DNA of 64,000 nucleotides from a virus. Location: positions 1-64,000 of the IMG/VR virus record IMGVR_UViG_3300023179_006134; one strand, 5' to 3'. A model generated the notes under the pieces. That model had not been told where the DNA came from. It searched no databases and saw nothing but the letters and a program-made list of their open reading frames with translations. The first letter of the stretch is position 1; each line of letters starts with the position of its first letter. Position numbers and translations under genes: made by a program. This document shows, piece by piece, positions 46,801 through 57,254 of this stretch.

Positions 46801-48703
46801 CATTTTCATTTCGAATCGTAGATGGTGCCGATGCTCTTGGAACATCCACAGTCGCATTTCCTACAATCTCAAATACGGGTTCTTTGGTTTCTACATAAGT
46901 CGAAGTTCTTACAGTTGATGATGTAGTGATTGGTTGAGTAATTCTTCTAAAAAATCCCCCTTGAGTTGTGAGAGTAAAAGAAGTAACTCCTTCATATTTA
47001 ATAGGTGTATAGTTATTATTATCAGGATCTTCTGGTTTAAACTTATCAATTATTGCAAAGGCATTCAAGGATTCCTGAAATAATATACCAGCAAATCCAC
47101 TTCCTTCTCCTTCTGCACCTCTACCAGTTAAACTTAAAATATGAGTTATATACGGAACCCAAGATTGATTTCCATCAAAAGCAGTATTTTGATTCAGTTC
47201 AACATTATCATTATTAATCATTCCAGCAGACATTCCAATAAAAAGATCGGATTGTTTATATTCTGGATTTGGAACAATTGTAATCGGACCATAAAGTCTT
47301 CCCCCCTTCAAAAATACTTCTCCTCCAAAATCACCACCCAAAGGTCTTGCTCCAGGACCTACGGTTATTGCCTTTCCTGCAAATCCATCGGTTCTTCCTT
47401 CTACAATACCAACTTCAGGTATATTAAGTGATGGTCCATCAGTAAATAATGTTCCAAAATTACAATAAACTTCTTCATCGGCACGATATTGTGTTAAATC
47501 AAGGTAAACTCCAGGTTCAATTGTTGTCGTAATCGTATCAAAACCGGGTCTTCGAATTACGTCTGGTTTTTTATTTTGTTTTCTTTCAACTTCTAAAATT
47601 GGAAGATTTAATAAATCAATACGAATATTATGTGGACCTGCCTTTAATTCTTTTTTTGTTGGTCGCACCGCATCATTAAAACTTCCAAGATCAAATAATT
47701 GAATATTATCTACATATAATTTTGATACATTATCACACAGTCCTCTAAAAGTATATTCTCCATCGTATGGGAAATCTATATCCCAATCAAAAACAAAAAG
47801 TTTTCCTGCCTCATCAGTTCCACTTACATTTGATGGTGGAACAGGTGAAATCGCATATAGATTCATAAAATCACTCCACCTAAAGTCTGTAACGACATAT
47901 GGAATGCTATATTTTTTACCTTCGGCAGTAATTGATTTTGGTGGAGTTGATTTTGTCGTCCAAAATGGATTACTTGTTTTTAGAAGTGATTTTTGATAGG
48001 CATCAATCTCTTCACGAATTGGATCATTACCGACATTTGTATAAGTTTCAGGTTCCCAAGGACCCAAATCTTCACCATTAGGTCCCCAATTTCTACCATA
48101 TCCAACAGTAGTGTCTGGACAAATTTCATAATCCTCAAAATCATTTTCGTCTTCAAATGTTACAAAGGTTTCCGAAAGTTCACCGAGTTCTGAAGACAAA
48201 GTAGCACCACTACCATATTGACATTCATCAATTGCTTTTACTATAGGTGGATATTGATATCCAAACCCACCTGTAATTACATCAACGGCCAGAATCGCAC
48301 CATCAACTCCTACGATTGCATTTGCCTGAGCACCAACACCACCACCACCAAAAAATTGAATTCTTGGTGGACCTTCTCCACATTTTTTACGAGTCTGTAT
48401 TCCACTACAAGTACTTGCAGAAGAAACAAGAACTTCTGGAGTCAGGGCATTAACTTCATTAATATTTAAATATTGAATTGAATTATTTGCATCTCTAAAA
48501 ATAAAGGCAGTTCCAGGATTATCTTTTGCATAATCATTTGCCTCACAAATACTAACTTCTACAACATACCCCAAAATCGGATCAATAAGTCCAACTTTAA
48601 TATCATCCTTCGAAACATCCTTAAAAATCTGATCAATTAGTTGATTGATTCTTGTGTTTTTAGTATCATATGATAATTTAAGAACCGATTTTTGAGTTGC
48701 CAT
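43868..48703 (-). CDS. Large baseplate-associated protein with PA14-like repeats, DUF5648-like domain and Cys/Pro-rich repeats
   Basis: 1611 aa. Four (F/L)P..G.Y......D(D/N)...L.(I/V)(D/G) PA14-like units; HFYT/VYRL.N..DHLYT/EG.AFY repeats; CPPG x4; PGPTP x3. Confidence 0.65.
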   Translation of the reverse strand: MATQKSVLKLSYDTKNTRINQLIDQIFKDVSKDDIKVGLIDPILGYVVEVSICEANDYAKDNPGTAFIFRDANNSIQYLNINEVNALTPEVLVSSASTCSGIQTRKKCGEGPPRIQFFGGGGVGAQANAIVGVDGAILAVDVITGGFGYQYPPIVKAIDECQYGSGATLSSELGELSETFVTFEDENDFEDYEICPDTTVGYGRNWGPNGEDLGPWEPETYTNVGNDPIREEIDAYQKSLLKTSNPFWTTKSTPPKSITAEGKKYSIPYVVTDFRWSDFMNLYAISPVPPSNVSGTDEAGKLFVFDWDIDFPYDGEYTFRGLCDNVSKLYVDNIQLFDLGSFNDAVRPTKKELKAGPHNIRIDLLNLPILEVERKQNKKPDVIRRPGFDTITTTIEPGVYLDLTQYRADEEVYCNFGTLFTDGPSLNIPEVGIVEGRTDGFAGKAITVGPGARPLGGDFGGEVFLKGGRLYGPITIVPNPEYKQSDLFIGMSAGMINNDNVELNQNTAFDGNQSWVPYITHILSLTGRGAEGEGSGFAGILFQESLNAFAIIDKFKPEDPDNNNYTPIKYEGVTSFTLTTQGGFFRRITQPITTSSTVRTSTYVETKEPVFEIVGNATVDVPRASAPSTIRNENVFNTVDYISKANRTLWRTNPAASLTSGLLDRYGVCPFDTSTAEAQVKSFAGIHTIIWNNVTFPVTGDYRIQIAVDDNVSLYIGETLIRKEGFYAPGKRNPDLDQVYTFNQGNYTIRAELENIEVGPIATRNPMVLAVNIETTFTTGEIVSPKSFNENPMGISVSIDAPPLPVPKEPAPIQTGRCPPNPIWSTRFPTSKEQWYPVRRTTGDPTKGTAWSKFMNRYAISPVPPFDTDETDRAGVNFTNTWTVELPYPGFYGVRGTVDNTGRVLIDGKEVSKLDPFTVSNPRLEKVYLEKGTHQIEVEVFNTPIERAFDIPIKVFSTRDWEISVPSTGPSVSDIILVDMLRYYTEDFSGPAGATHFYTTNPKEELLDENLLKPENSQGTAWKMFRKESTNVAETVPVYRLFNGGDHLYTIDGGEKSSAILAGYSFEGIVGLVYSQPGPNRIEVFRFYRPPGIGVFGPIPGEHFYTADTNEIPTLPALGYVSEGVAFYAPTAIPNAAPVNTNIETYGSGTNKDGVTYEGPALASYVPGLISPFFENTLTPTEEIQGKTWIMTWRNVDFPEDGKYNLTALADDLVIVRVDGIEVGRAKVFEDKRTFLFNATKGKKSVQLELSNIRIANTGFRENPVVTFVEIIKNSSVSKVAPLPWTTNPIGVSAILIPPPCPKLVKGKGIISRVIVDDPGNGYACPPGLKLNPITGKCEPPPKECPPGQILDPKTGECINICPPGEVYDKITKKCIKPPIDCPPGQEYDPVTQKCVDLPPGPTPPGPTPPGPTPPGTGELPPPPQYPVCLILDEVIVENPGINYNCGVDKLQIVPDNGVILDYVCDSFGRISRVKILDNGTCFPEYPSITMISDTGVNASFRPVFRVVRDPIDPALTRDNQKLIQVTDLVGLKQTGYIGGRPYYGAVFYENGIRYAGYYKTVGTLIRVYDTLQESITAEVTTAPSAIEKFGTDNNSNNPRLNIPGTPTNLI
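44456..44510. repeat. Perfect 15-bp tandem repeat (PPGPT), 3.7 copies
   Basis: (tcctggtggtgttgg)3 tcctggtggt. Confidence 0.9.
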
Positions 48704-48741
48704 TATTTAAAATTCTTACTTTTTTCTTTCATAATACATAT

Positions 48742-50442
48742 TTATCCATAATCTCTATAATCTACGTTTTTGGTTTCTGATGTCGGAGATGCATATGGAA
48801 CTTCTTCTGGGGTAGTCACAGATACTGAATTTTGTGCGGCTGCTGCAACAGCAGGAATTCTTGGTAACTGCACTTCTTCACTACCACCAGAACCCTCCTG
48901 TAAAGTATAATAATCTGATGCAGGACAACTTAATCCTAAATCACAACCAAAAATATTTACACTCAAATTTGTAAAGTTCATTGCACCAGATAGACTTCCA
49001 GAAATTCCAGTTACAATTCCAGAGATGTCCGAAATTGTTCCACTCACATCGGACAGAAGTGATTGAATGTCTTCTAAAAAATTAGACACACTATTCAGAG
49101 AAGTATCAATTCCCTCTACAATTTGTGGAAGATTGAGTGCAATCATTTGCCCTGTTAAAATTTCCACAGAACAAATCGGAGTAGTTGTGGTATATCCATT
49201 TTGAATAATGGTTTTTGTATCAAGTGTAGAATTTGATCCGGTTCCTGTCTGATCGTTTAAAAATCCCTGAACCTGACCACAGAGTCCATTTGTAATTTTA
49301 CTGAATAAACAATTAATCAATTCTGTAATTTTTTCACGAATATCAAAGAACTTAAATCTTAAGTTTGGTGGTATTATATCAGTTGCTGGTGCAAGAGCAC
49401 AATTTATTTTTTTAAGAATATATTCTAAAATCTTATCAAAAATTATTTTCAGATATTTTGCAATAATACAAGCAACATCTGCAATTAGTTTTTGTATGTC
49501 ACCAATAAGAGTTGAGGCAGCATCGACATAACTTTGTGCTGTTTGTAGAACACTATCAATTTTCTTTGTAAGATTATCTATTTCTGTCTGAATTGCCTTC
49601 ATTGCAGATTCAACCAAATCGCAAGGATTTAAGATTACAATCTTTTCCAAATACATAGTATTTCTTTGTATATCGGCAACAGACATCAGATGTGGATTGT
49701 CTGGTTGCTCAATTGTTGCTCCTGGTTGCGTAGGAGAAGTTGGAGATTGAGATTCTGCTGCTTCTGCTTTTGTTGCGGCAACTGTTCTTTCTCCAACTAA
49801 TGCTTCTGTTGCTGCTGGAGATAACCCTCTTGCTCCTGCTTCTGCTCTTGCTGATTGTGCCGCAGCAAGTTCTCTTGATGTTGGTGGTCTTGATGGATCT
49901 CTACCAAACTTATCTAAAGTTACACCAGATTTTGGACTTGCTGGTTTTGCTCCAGGTTTTTTTGTTGTAAGTCCATCAGCAGGGACTTTGATATTAGGAT
50001 CCGGATCACTTCCTTTTGCATATCCACTGAAAGGTTTATAATTCTCTGGTTTAGTATTCAGTGCTGTCTGGGCATTATTACCGAGCACTCCCATAATTAC
50101 AGGAACTTGTTGATCGGCACCATCCAAGAAGAAACCAAATACAAAGTTTCCTTGACGAAGTGCCGAAGTTGTTCCAGATTTTGCCTGACCTCCACCCGCA
50201 GTAATCGGATACATTACCTGTGCCCAGGGAAGTTGATCCGATGCTATTGACGTTTCTTCTTGATCGTGAAGACCAATGATACGAACTTTATATCTTCTTC
50301 CCCATCCAGGAACATTATTCTTATCATCAAATTTACCAGAAACAATATTATCTCTCCAATAAGAATCATCGGCAATCTGTCCGATCCACCAATTAAAACT
50401 TGCTCCTAAAAATCCAGAGTTAAATAATGTTCCTTCGTTCAT
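48742..50442 (-). CDS. gp5: Baseplate hub gp5-like protein (N-terminal OB fold, no lysozyme domain)
   Basis: F.WW.GQI.D...GRRYKVRIIGLH....LPWAQVMYP...G.FVFGFFLDG...QVPVIMG. Confidence 0.75.
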   Translation of the reverse strand: MNEGTLFNSGFLGASFNWWIGQIADDSYWRDNIVSGKFDDKNNVPGWGRRYKVRIIGLHDQEETSIASDQLPWAQVMYPITAGGGQAKSGTTSALRQGNFVFGFFLDGADQQVPVIMGVLGNNAQTALNTKPENYKPFSGYAKGSDPDPNIKVPADGLTTKKPGAKPASPKSGVTLDKFGRDPSRPPTSRELAAAQSARAEAGARGLSPAATEALVGERTVAATKAEAAESQSPTSPTQPGATIEQPDNPHLMSVADIQRNTMYLEKIVILNPCDLVESAMKAIQTEIDNLTKKIDSVLQTAQSYVDAASTLIGDIQKLIADVACIIAKYLKIIFDKILEYILKKINCALAPATDIIPPNLRFKFFDIREKITELINCLFSKITNGLCGQVQGFLNDQTGTGSNSTLDTKTIIQNGYTTTTPICSVEILTGQMIALNLPQIVEGIDTSLNSVSNFLEDIQSLLSDVSGTISDISGIVTGISGSLSGAMNFTNLSVNIFGCDLGLSCPASDYYTLQEGSGGSEEVQLPRIPAVAAAAQNSVSVTTPEEVPYASPTSETKNVDYRDYG

Positions 50443-50493
50443 TTGATGCTCATAGATATAATTTTTTGATTATGACTATTTAACATATTAAAA

Positions 50494-51843
50494 TCAATCA
50501 TTTGTGAAAGATCCAGTTTTACCAAGTGAATCACGAACCAAAGTTAATTTTGTATATCCACCCTTTAATACATTAATATAGTGACAGAGATCGGCAATCA
50601 AATACTTACCACCAAATTGTTTATTAAGTTCTTGAGTATTCTTATTTGAAAGTTCTGGAGAGTCTATAAAAATTATATCTCCTGCGTGTAAACTAAAATC
50701 TGCAGTAATCGTAATGTTTGTCTTGGTATTGAACATTTGATTATATCTCATTACAGACTGATTTAAAATATTTTTTGGATCAAAATTTGGTTCTGTAGAT
50801 TTTATAATTTGTTGTTTCGTATCTCCTGTGGGTAAAGTTCCTTTATCAACTAACATATATTGAGTTCTTGAGTATTCTTGTTTTTGACCCTCACGAATAA
50901 ATCTTGGATTGAGTTTTGGAAGATTTTTTCCTGCAAGTTTAAGATTTTTTTCTGTTTCCTCAGACTCTTTGGTGATGACCTCATAATAACAATTAAAAGG
51001 GTCAAAAAGAATTGTTCTTGTTGAATAAGTTCCCATTGATAATTTTGATTGAATATCACCACTTACATCATCAACACTATGTTCTAAAATTTTTGCAGAG
51101 TAACCAGAGGGAAGATTTTCACCCACACTGTCTGGAGTTTGATTATAAATGAAAGATTTCTTTTTTTCTTGACTTAATAAAGAATCAATAGATTTAAATT
51201 TAAATCCCTCTGAAGTCTCATAGAAGAAATATCCTGCAGTATTTTGTTTTGCTCCCTGAAGAGATGGAATTGATTTTTTTGCTAACCATAAAATAGAGTA
51301 AAAAGGTCTTTTTTGATTTCCAATAAAATTATAAGTATTTTCTGTTACCTCAATATCCAATTTCTTTTCTGTTCCCAAATATTTTTTATCCGTTAAAATT
51401 TTTTTGACGTGTTCTGAAATTTTACCATCAAATCTTTGATTTATCTTTGTTTTATAATTTATAATTCCTTCTTCCGAAACCAAATCAAGAGTTACCACAG
51501 ATTTTGTTGTGTCTTGTCCAACCGGAACAATTTGTGTTACAAACTGCTCAAACTCAAGTTTGACATCATTACCATCGGTGATTTTAATTTTAACTGATTC
51601 TGTTCCCTGAAGTGGAAGTCCTTCAATTAATGTTTGTGTGATTTGACCTTTTTGAATTGTTTTTCCGGTATCTACATAAATGATATTTGTGCGAATTGAT
51701 GGTTCAAGAATACTTTCGTAATAATAAATATCCGTAATTAAATCTACAATATCTTTTTGATCACCACCAGTATTTGACTCAATAATACATTGAGCAATAT
51801 TAACTTCTCTGACTTGTCTTAATACAGTTTTTTCTGATGCCAT
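50494..51843 (-). CDS. Baseplate hub gp27-like protein
   Basis: YYESIL..., AGYFFYETSEGFKFKSIDSL, SLHAGD.I, GG.YLI..LCH...T.L.LVRDS; located upstream of gp5. Confidence 0.6.
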   Translation of the reverse strand: MASEKTVLRQVREVNIAQCIIESNTGGDQKDIVDLITDIYYYESILEPSIRTNIIYVDTGKTIQKGQITQTLIEGLPLQGTESVKIKITDGNDVKLEFEQFVTQIVPVGQDTTKSVVTLDLVSEEGIINYKTKINQRFDGKISEHVKKILTDKKYLGTEKKLDIEVTENTYNFIGNQKRPFYSILWLAKKSIPSLQGAKQNTAGYFFYETSEGFKFKSIDSLLSQEKKKSFIYNQTPDSVGENLPSGYSAKILEHSVDDVSGDIQSKLSMGTYSTRTILFDPFNCYYEVITKESEETEKNLKLAGKNLPKLNPRFIREGQKQEYSRTQYMLVDKGTLPTGDTKQQIIKSTEPNFDPKNILNQSVMRYNQMFNTKTNITITADFSLHAGDIIFIDSPELSNKNTQELNKQFGGKYLIADLCHYINVLKGGYTKLTLVRDSLGKTGSFTND

Positions 51844-51857
51844 TTAATTAATGTCTG

Positions 51858-54839
51858 TTATGCATTTGCATATTGAATATCATATGTTGTATCTATACTA
51901 GATGAACGACTCATACCACCAATTGAACCAGAATTTCCTGTTGGAATTGGTATTGGAACCATTTGAGGATTATTCATTACAATCACCGTCTGTTCTGCAC
52001 CATCTTCATATCCCGCATAAGATTGAAGAATGCTCATTAATTGTGTCTTAGTTTTTGCAGCATTCAAATATTCCAAGAGATTTGGTGCAAGGAAATCTAG
52101 TCCTTTTGTGGTATCAGAATCAAATACAAATTCTGGACCCTTTTCACCAATCAGTGCTCTTGTTGGTTTTGTTACTCTTCCACCTTTTGCATATGCAACG
52201 TGAACGTGATCATAATGTATTGCATTTGTACTTGCCCCCCAATAATCTAATCCAACTTTTTTACCTTTAGCAATACCAAATCCAAGAGGAGTGTAAATCA
52301 ATTGTTCTAGTGATGATCCATAATTTTGAATAATCTGTTTTGCAAATTCTAATTGCTGAGGAGTTCCTCTACCAACACCGTCATTTGAATAATCTCTTGC
52401 TCTATTTTTTCCGTGATAACCAGGATCACCCGAACGATATGCACTAGTTACTTGTAATCCAAATTTTGAGGCAATTGGAGTAAATTGATCAACTGAACCA
52501 ACTTTACCTGCCCCAAGAGTGCCTCCAGCACCGATGCTGCCGACAGTAAAACTTCCCTTTTCACCTTTTTGAAGTGCTGCAAAAATTCTTGAAGATTGTT
52601 GCCAACGATCACCTTCTATTCCCCAACCAATATATTTGTATGATGCGTCTTTAAGTTGCTGTTCAGTAGATTTTGGATCTAAGAATTGATTAAGGAGTCC
52701 ATATTGCTTCAATTCTTCCTTAATCCACCTAACCTGTTCCCCATTAGATGCTTTTTCTAAAGGTTTTCCAAGAAATTTTTCAGCATTTACTATTCTTTCA
52801 CGATTCCAACTAATAAGTCCTTTATTTGTTCCGGCACCATCATTTAAAACCCAAGGAGTTCTTTGTCCCTTCCACCCAGATTCTGCCTGAACATTTCCAG
52901 CAAGAATTGAAGCAGCAAGCATTGGGAAACCCTCTGCCATAAACAATCTTGCCCCACCAACTGCTTCAGTAGCATTTCCACCACCACCCATATCATTACC
53001 CATTTCTTGTCCTGGAGATACTTTTTTTTCTTCAACAGATTCTTTCAACATCAATTGCTTTTGCAATTCTTTAATCGCAGCATCAACCTTTGATGAAATA
53101 GTTTCTTCTAAAGATTTTGAGATTACATTTGTCATATCATCACCACCAAACATTCCTGCCTCTACTTTTCCACCACCGGCATATCCGGCAGTCCCTCTAA
53201 AAGTATTCTGCATCCATCCAGACAATTCTTCTGCTGCCTTCATATAATCCACAGAACTTGGTTTTTCTCCAAGTTGTGCCTTGAGTGGAAGTGCAAAAAG
53301 TGCTCCAAAAGAAGGAGTTTTTGTTGCAGTATCATAAGAAGATTGCATATAACCAAGAGGGTTTACATTTTTACCCTTGTCCTTTGTTTGCACCTCTGGA
53401 AATATTTTTTCAATTTTTTTCTTTCCACCAATAGAACCACCAGGTTTAACTTTTGTAACCTGAACCTTTACTCCTCTTTTAACAGGTTTCCTTGATATGG
53501 TTCTCTTAACTGCTCCTCCAACGATTTTATTACCTCTGGTTACTGGAGCAGGTCCACCTTCTGCTTGTTTCGCATATCCCATTCCCTTGGTTCCCTTATC
53601 ACCAAAAAGACTTCCAAAGGAACCCTCTCCACCACCACCAACTAAACCAAATGTGAGTGCGTTTAAACCTTCTCTAAATTGCTCACGAATTCTTGCATCA
53701 AATTTTGCAAGATTTTTTGATTGTGCTTTTTTACCTTTTTCGTCCAAAAATGGATAACGAATTAATTCAATTGCATATCTAAAGGGAGTTCCAACAATAT
53801 CAAGAAGAGTACCAACTGTCCCCAATTGAAAACTAATAAATTTTGCACCCTGATACATTAACCAACGAATTGGTTTCATAAGAGGATTTTTTTCACCATC
53901 ATATGCTTTCTTAGCACCCTGTTCCATTCCAACTGACATCTTTTTGAGTTGGAATGCACCTTCACCCAGAGCAGATGCAAGAAGTCCTGCACCGAGAATA
54001 ATAGCAGCAACTGCACCGGTTCCTATTCCACCTGCCTGTGCTGCTGTTCCTCCTGCTGTTGCACCTCCTCCTGCTGCTGTTCCTCCCGATGTTGCTGCTT
54101 GTGTTCCTGCCTGTGCTGCCGTTTTTGCTCCTTGCCCAAGTAATCTATCCTTCACCAAATCCATTCCAATATCAAGAACTCCACCCTTACCCTGTCCGGC
54201 AATAGCAATGGAAGCAATAATCGCAGCATCAATCACACCACTTACAGCACCAGTAAAAGTATCAAAGATTTTTAATGAAAAGTCTCCACCAAAACTTTTC
54301 ATAAATCCACGAGTCGCATCTATTGCCTTATATCCCCAGTCAATAAATGTGACTACCTTATCTAATATATTTCCACCCAAATCCATCATAAACTCCATCA
54401 CATTTCCAATAATACTTACAATACCTACAAGTTTTGGAAGATGTGGTAAAAGTTTAATTGAAATATATCCAAGAAGAACTGAAAAAAGAAAGTTTTTAAT
54501 TCTATCTAAAAACCCAAGTTTTGGTGCCGATGGCATCTTCAGTTTTCCTTCTTTCTTTTCTTCTGGTTTTGCCTCTAACTTATTTTCTTGTTTTTCTGCT
54601 TCTTTTTTTTCTGTGAATTTTCTTTTCTTTTCAAGTTCCGACTGCTTTATAAGTGTAGAAGTCTGAATTAAATCACGAACCTTAAAGACTTGCTTTTTAA
54701 TAATAAACAAATCACTTTTAAGTACACTAATGCTTTCTTCCTGAAGACTTTCTGTAGATATTTTTTTTGTAGATATAGATATTCCTGGTAAAAGTTTTGT
54801 TGGATTTATTTTTGCAGGAGATAATTTTGGAGTTTCCAT
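51858..54839 (-). CDS. Tape-measure-like tail protein with tail lysozyme and Zn-peptidase-like domains
   Basis: 993 aa with helical/hydrophobic N-half; A..GN.QAES...GLISW (phage tail lysozyme); TSAYR...YH...RARD...HYDHVH (M15/LAS-like); ALIGEKGPEFV. Confidence 0.65.
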   Translation of the reverse strand: METPKLSPAKINPTKLLPGISISTKKISTESLQEESISVLKSDLFIIKKQVFKVRDLIQTSTLIKQSELEKKRKFTEKKEAEKQENKLEAKPEEKKEGKLKMPSAPKLGFLDRIKNFLFSVLLGYISIKLLPHLPKLVGIVSIIGNVMEFMMDLGGNILDKVVTFIDWGYKAIDATRGFMKSFGGDFSLKIFDTFTGAVSGVIDAAIIASIAIAGQGKGGVLDIGMDLVKDRLLGQGAKTAAQAGTQAATSGGTAAGGGATAGGTAAQAGGIGTGAVAAIILGAGLLASALGEGAFQLKKMSVGMEQGAKKAYDGEKNPLMKPIRWLMYQGAKFISFQLGTVGTLLDIVGTPFRYAIELIRYPFLDEKGKKAQSKNLAKFDARIREQFREGLNALTFGLVGGGGEGSFGSLFGDKGTKGMGYAKQAEGGPAPVTRGNKIVGGAVKRTISRKPVKRGVKVQVTKVKPGGSIGGKKKIEKIFPEVQTKDKGKNVNPLGYMQSSYDTATKTPSFGALFALPLKAQLGEKPSSVDYMKAAEELSGWMQNTFRGTAGYAGGGKVEAGMFGGDDMTNVISKSLEETISSKVDAAIKELQKQLMLKESVEEKKVSPGQEMGNDMGGGGNATEAVGGARLFMAEGFPMLAASILAGNVQAESGWKGQRTPWVLNDGAGTNKGLISWNRERIVNAEKFLGKPLEKASNGEQVRWIKEELKQYGLLNQFLDPKSTEQQLKDASYKYIGWGIEGDRWQQSSRIFAALQKGEKGSFTVGSIGAGGTLGAGKVGSVDQFTPIASKFGLQVTSAYRSGDPGYHGKNRARDYSNDGVGRGTPQQLEFAKQIIQNYGSSLEQLIYTPLGFGIAKGKKVGLDYWGASTNAIHYDHVHVAYAKGGRVTKPTRALIGEKGPEFVFDSDTTKGLDFLAPNLLEYLNAAKTKTQLMSILQSYAGYEDGAEQTVIVMNNPQMVPIPIPTGNSGSIGGMSRSSSIDTTYDIQYANA

Positions 54840-54842
54840 ATC

Positions 54843-57254
54843 TTACTTAACTCCAAGAACAGCAGCACTTCTTCTTCTGCTTTCAGAATTTGGATGTACT
54901 GCACTGAAAGAAGGAACTGATGGAGATGCACCAGAAGAAGTATTTAATTTTGGCATACCACCAGGTGATGTTGCATAAACAACCTTTACTTTTGATTTTG
55001 ATGGTGGGTTTATTTTTGGAATATTATTTTGAGTTTGTATTTGAGCAGGATTTAATTTAGAAGATGATGAAGGTTGCTCAGCTAATGCTGGGGGAGATAT
55101 TATTGATGAGATTGCTGAACCAAATTTTTGAAACATATTTGGTTGATTTTGTATAGTTGGTTTTGGTTTTGCAGCAACATCTGCTTTCAAATTCGTGAAT
55201 GTCTTATTTGGAATTACACTATATCCCTGAAATGTATGTTCCCTATCAGACATTCCAGTAATCTCATCTGGAGATACTGCAGAAGGTTTATTTACTGCTC
55301 TTGATACTTCAAAGACGTTATTCCAGTTTTTTACATTTGGCCTTACACTTCTTTTCCAATATTCAATGGATGCATCAAGTGCAATATCTTTATTCATTAA
55401 AAGTTTTGGATTTCCAACTAAATCTTTACCAATTCTTTTTCCAATATCTTCATAATTTGCTCTTCCAGTAACTTGTAAATATCCCCTACCAATATAATTG
55501 TATGCATCATCAGCATTACGATTACCAAGACCAAGAGCAGGATTTGCATATCCCTTAAAATATTCATACCCAGGTTTTCCTGGTGGATCATTTGGACTTG
55601 AATTGTATTTTTCTCTTTGAGGTTCTCCAAAATTTCCTCCAGATTCGTGTTTAACTTGTGATAAAAATGCCTTAAGTTCAATTGGATCTGTAATTCCTCT
55701 TTGTTTTGCTCTGGAAGCAAACTTAAGTTCAATTGGAGATAAATTTGGAAGTATTTGTTTGGGAGTAGTTGATTTTGGAGAAGGTTTAACAGTGGATTCT
55801 TTCATAGGAGATTTGGAGGAATCTTCTTTTGGAGAAGAAGCATTTTTTTCTGCTTTCAATTCTTTACTATTCATTTTATCACCAATCATTCCACCACCAG
55901 CAGCATAAGTGGTTCCAGAAACAATCTTTGGTTGATTAGTTCCTCCACCAGCAGCATTCATTCCCTCAAGAGTATCCACACCATACTTTTGCACAGCACC
56001 ACGAGACATTACAAACTCACCATCAGTGAGCATTGCTGGAACTTTATCTACACCTTTTTTTCCACCAATCAAACCACTCACAGATTCTTGGATTTTTCCA
56101 GACCCAAGACCAGCACCCAATAACATACCAAGAGGTCCAAACATAGCACCCATTCCGGCACCACCCATCATACCACCAAAGTTTAATCCACCACCGGCAA
56201 ACTTTGGAATTACAAATCCACCACCAGAATATCCTTGAGTTTTTTTCTCTTCTCCACCAATTCCACCAAAATTTTCAATGCCTTTACTTACGGCCATTGT
56301 GGTACCGACAGTCGCAGCAACTTCTAATCCTGCTCCCAAAAGTTTTCCATATTTTCCACCAAGAAACTTTGATGCTCCTGCTGCCTTTCCTACACCTGCC
56401 TTTGCTAATAATCCTGCTGCAGCAGCTGCAAGTCTAATACCTCCACGAATAATAACCTTGGTTAAGAACCCAACAAACTTGCCTAGACCAGTTCCAAACA
56501 TTATATAAAGAGCAAGAAGTTTAGGCCACTGGTCTCCTAAAAATCTACCAATTGCTTTAATTTTATCCTGATTTTTAGAATCACTAAACCAATCCAAGAG
56601 TTTAATCAGTGCTCTTCCGACAAAAATAGCAACAAAGAAATCAATAATTCTATCAAGTAAAGATTTAATGGGAGCAATAATCTTTTCTGCTGCCTTAATT
56701 GCAAACTTAAATCCCTTCTCTAATCTTGATTCTTTTTCACCTCTCTGTCCTGCTTCTCCAGCAATTCTAGACTTTTCTGCAGAATCCTTTGCAAGTTTAT
56801 TTTGACTCGTAAGACTTTTAATTATTTCAGCAAGAGCATCAATAATTTCTTTTATATCTTCACCCCCAGTCATCTTATCAGGAGCAGGAGGAAGTGCTAA
56901 TTGTGGTTTTCCTATAAGTGCCTTTTGTTTTCCTAAATTAATTCCAACTGCACTTCCTTTTTTAAAACTATCTGCCGTAATCTTTTTAACCTTAAATCTA
57001 CCTTTCTTTCCTCTAATCTTTTTATATTCATTCGTAAGAAGTTCTGCCTCTTCAGTGGGAATTTGAGTCTTTACCATTCTGGCAGCAATCAGTTTCTCCT
57101 TTAGAAGAGACGCATATGTATCATAATCAATATCAAAAACATATTCAAGTCCCAGAAGTCTTAAAATTCTTTCTTCAATTTGTTCATCAACAAGATCTTC
57201 ACCGTCTCTTTTAACGGGAACTATTGATCCTCCTGTTGGTGATTGATTATCCAT
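54843..57254 (-). CDS. Tape-measure-like tail protein with GH19 (chitinase-like endolysin) domain
   Basis: 803 aa; DKVPAMLTDGEFVMS; FLSQVKHES...YIGRGYLQVTGRANY...DL..NP.L GH19 signature. Confidence 0.7.
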   Translation of the reverse strand: MDNQSPTGGSIVPVKRDGEDLVDEQIEERILRLLGLEYVFDIDYDTYASLLKEKLIAARMVKTQIPTEEAELLTNEYKKIRGKKGRFKVKKITADSFKKGSAVGINLGKQKALIGKPQLALPPAPDKMTGGEDIKEIIDALAEIIKSLTSQNKLAKDSAEKSRIAGEAGQRGEKESRLEKGFKFAIKAAEKIIAPIKSLLDRIIDFFVAIFVGRALIKLLDWFSDSKNQDKIKAIGRFLGDQWPKLLALYIMFGTGLGKFVGFLTKVIIRGGIRLAAAAAGLLAKAGVGKAAGASKFLGGKYGKLLGAGLEVAATVGTTMAVSKGIENFGGIGGEEKKTQGYSGGGFVIPKFAGGGLNFGGMMGGAGMGAMFGPLGMLLGAGLGSGKIQESVSGLIGGKKGVDKVPAMLTDGEFVMSRGAVQKYGVDTLEGMNAAGGGTNQPKIVSGTTYAAGGGMIGDKMNSKELKAEKNASSPKEDSSKSPMKESTVKPSPKSTTPKQILPNLSPIELKFASRAKQRGITDPIELKAFLSQVKHESGGNFGEPQREKYNSSPNDPPGKPGYEYFKGYANPALGLGNRNADDAYNYIGRGYLQVTGRANYEDIGKRIGKDLVGNPKLLMNKDIALDASIEYWKRSVRPNVKNWNNVFEVSRAVNKPSAVSPDEITGMSDREHTFQGYSVIPNKTFTNLKADVAAKPKPTIQNQPNMFQKFGSAISSIISPPALAEQPSSSSKLNPAQIQTQNNIPKINPPSKSKVKVVYATSPGGMPKLNTSSGASPSVPSFSAVHPNSESRRRSAAVLGVK

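Noticed and set aside
53944-54666. 240-aa plus-strand ORF
   Set aside because: Antisense shadow of the Ala/Gly-rich part of 51858..54839.
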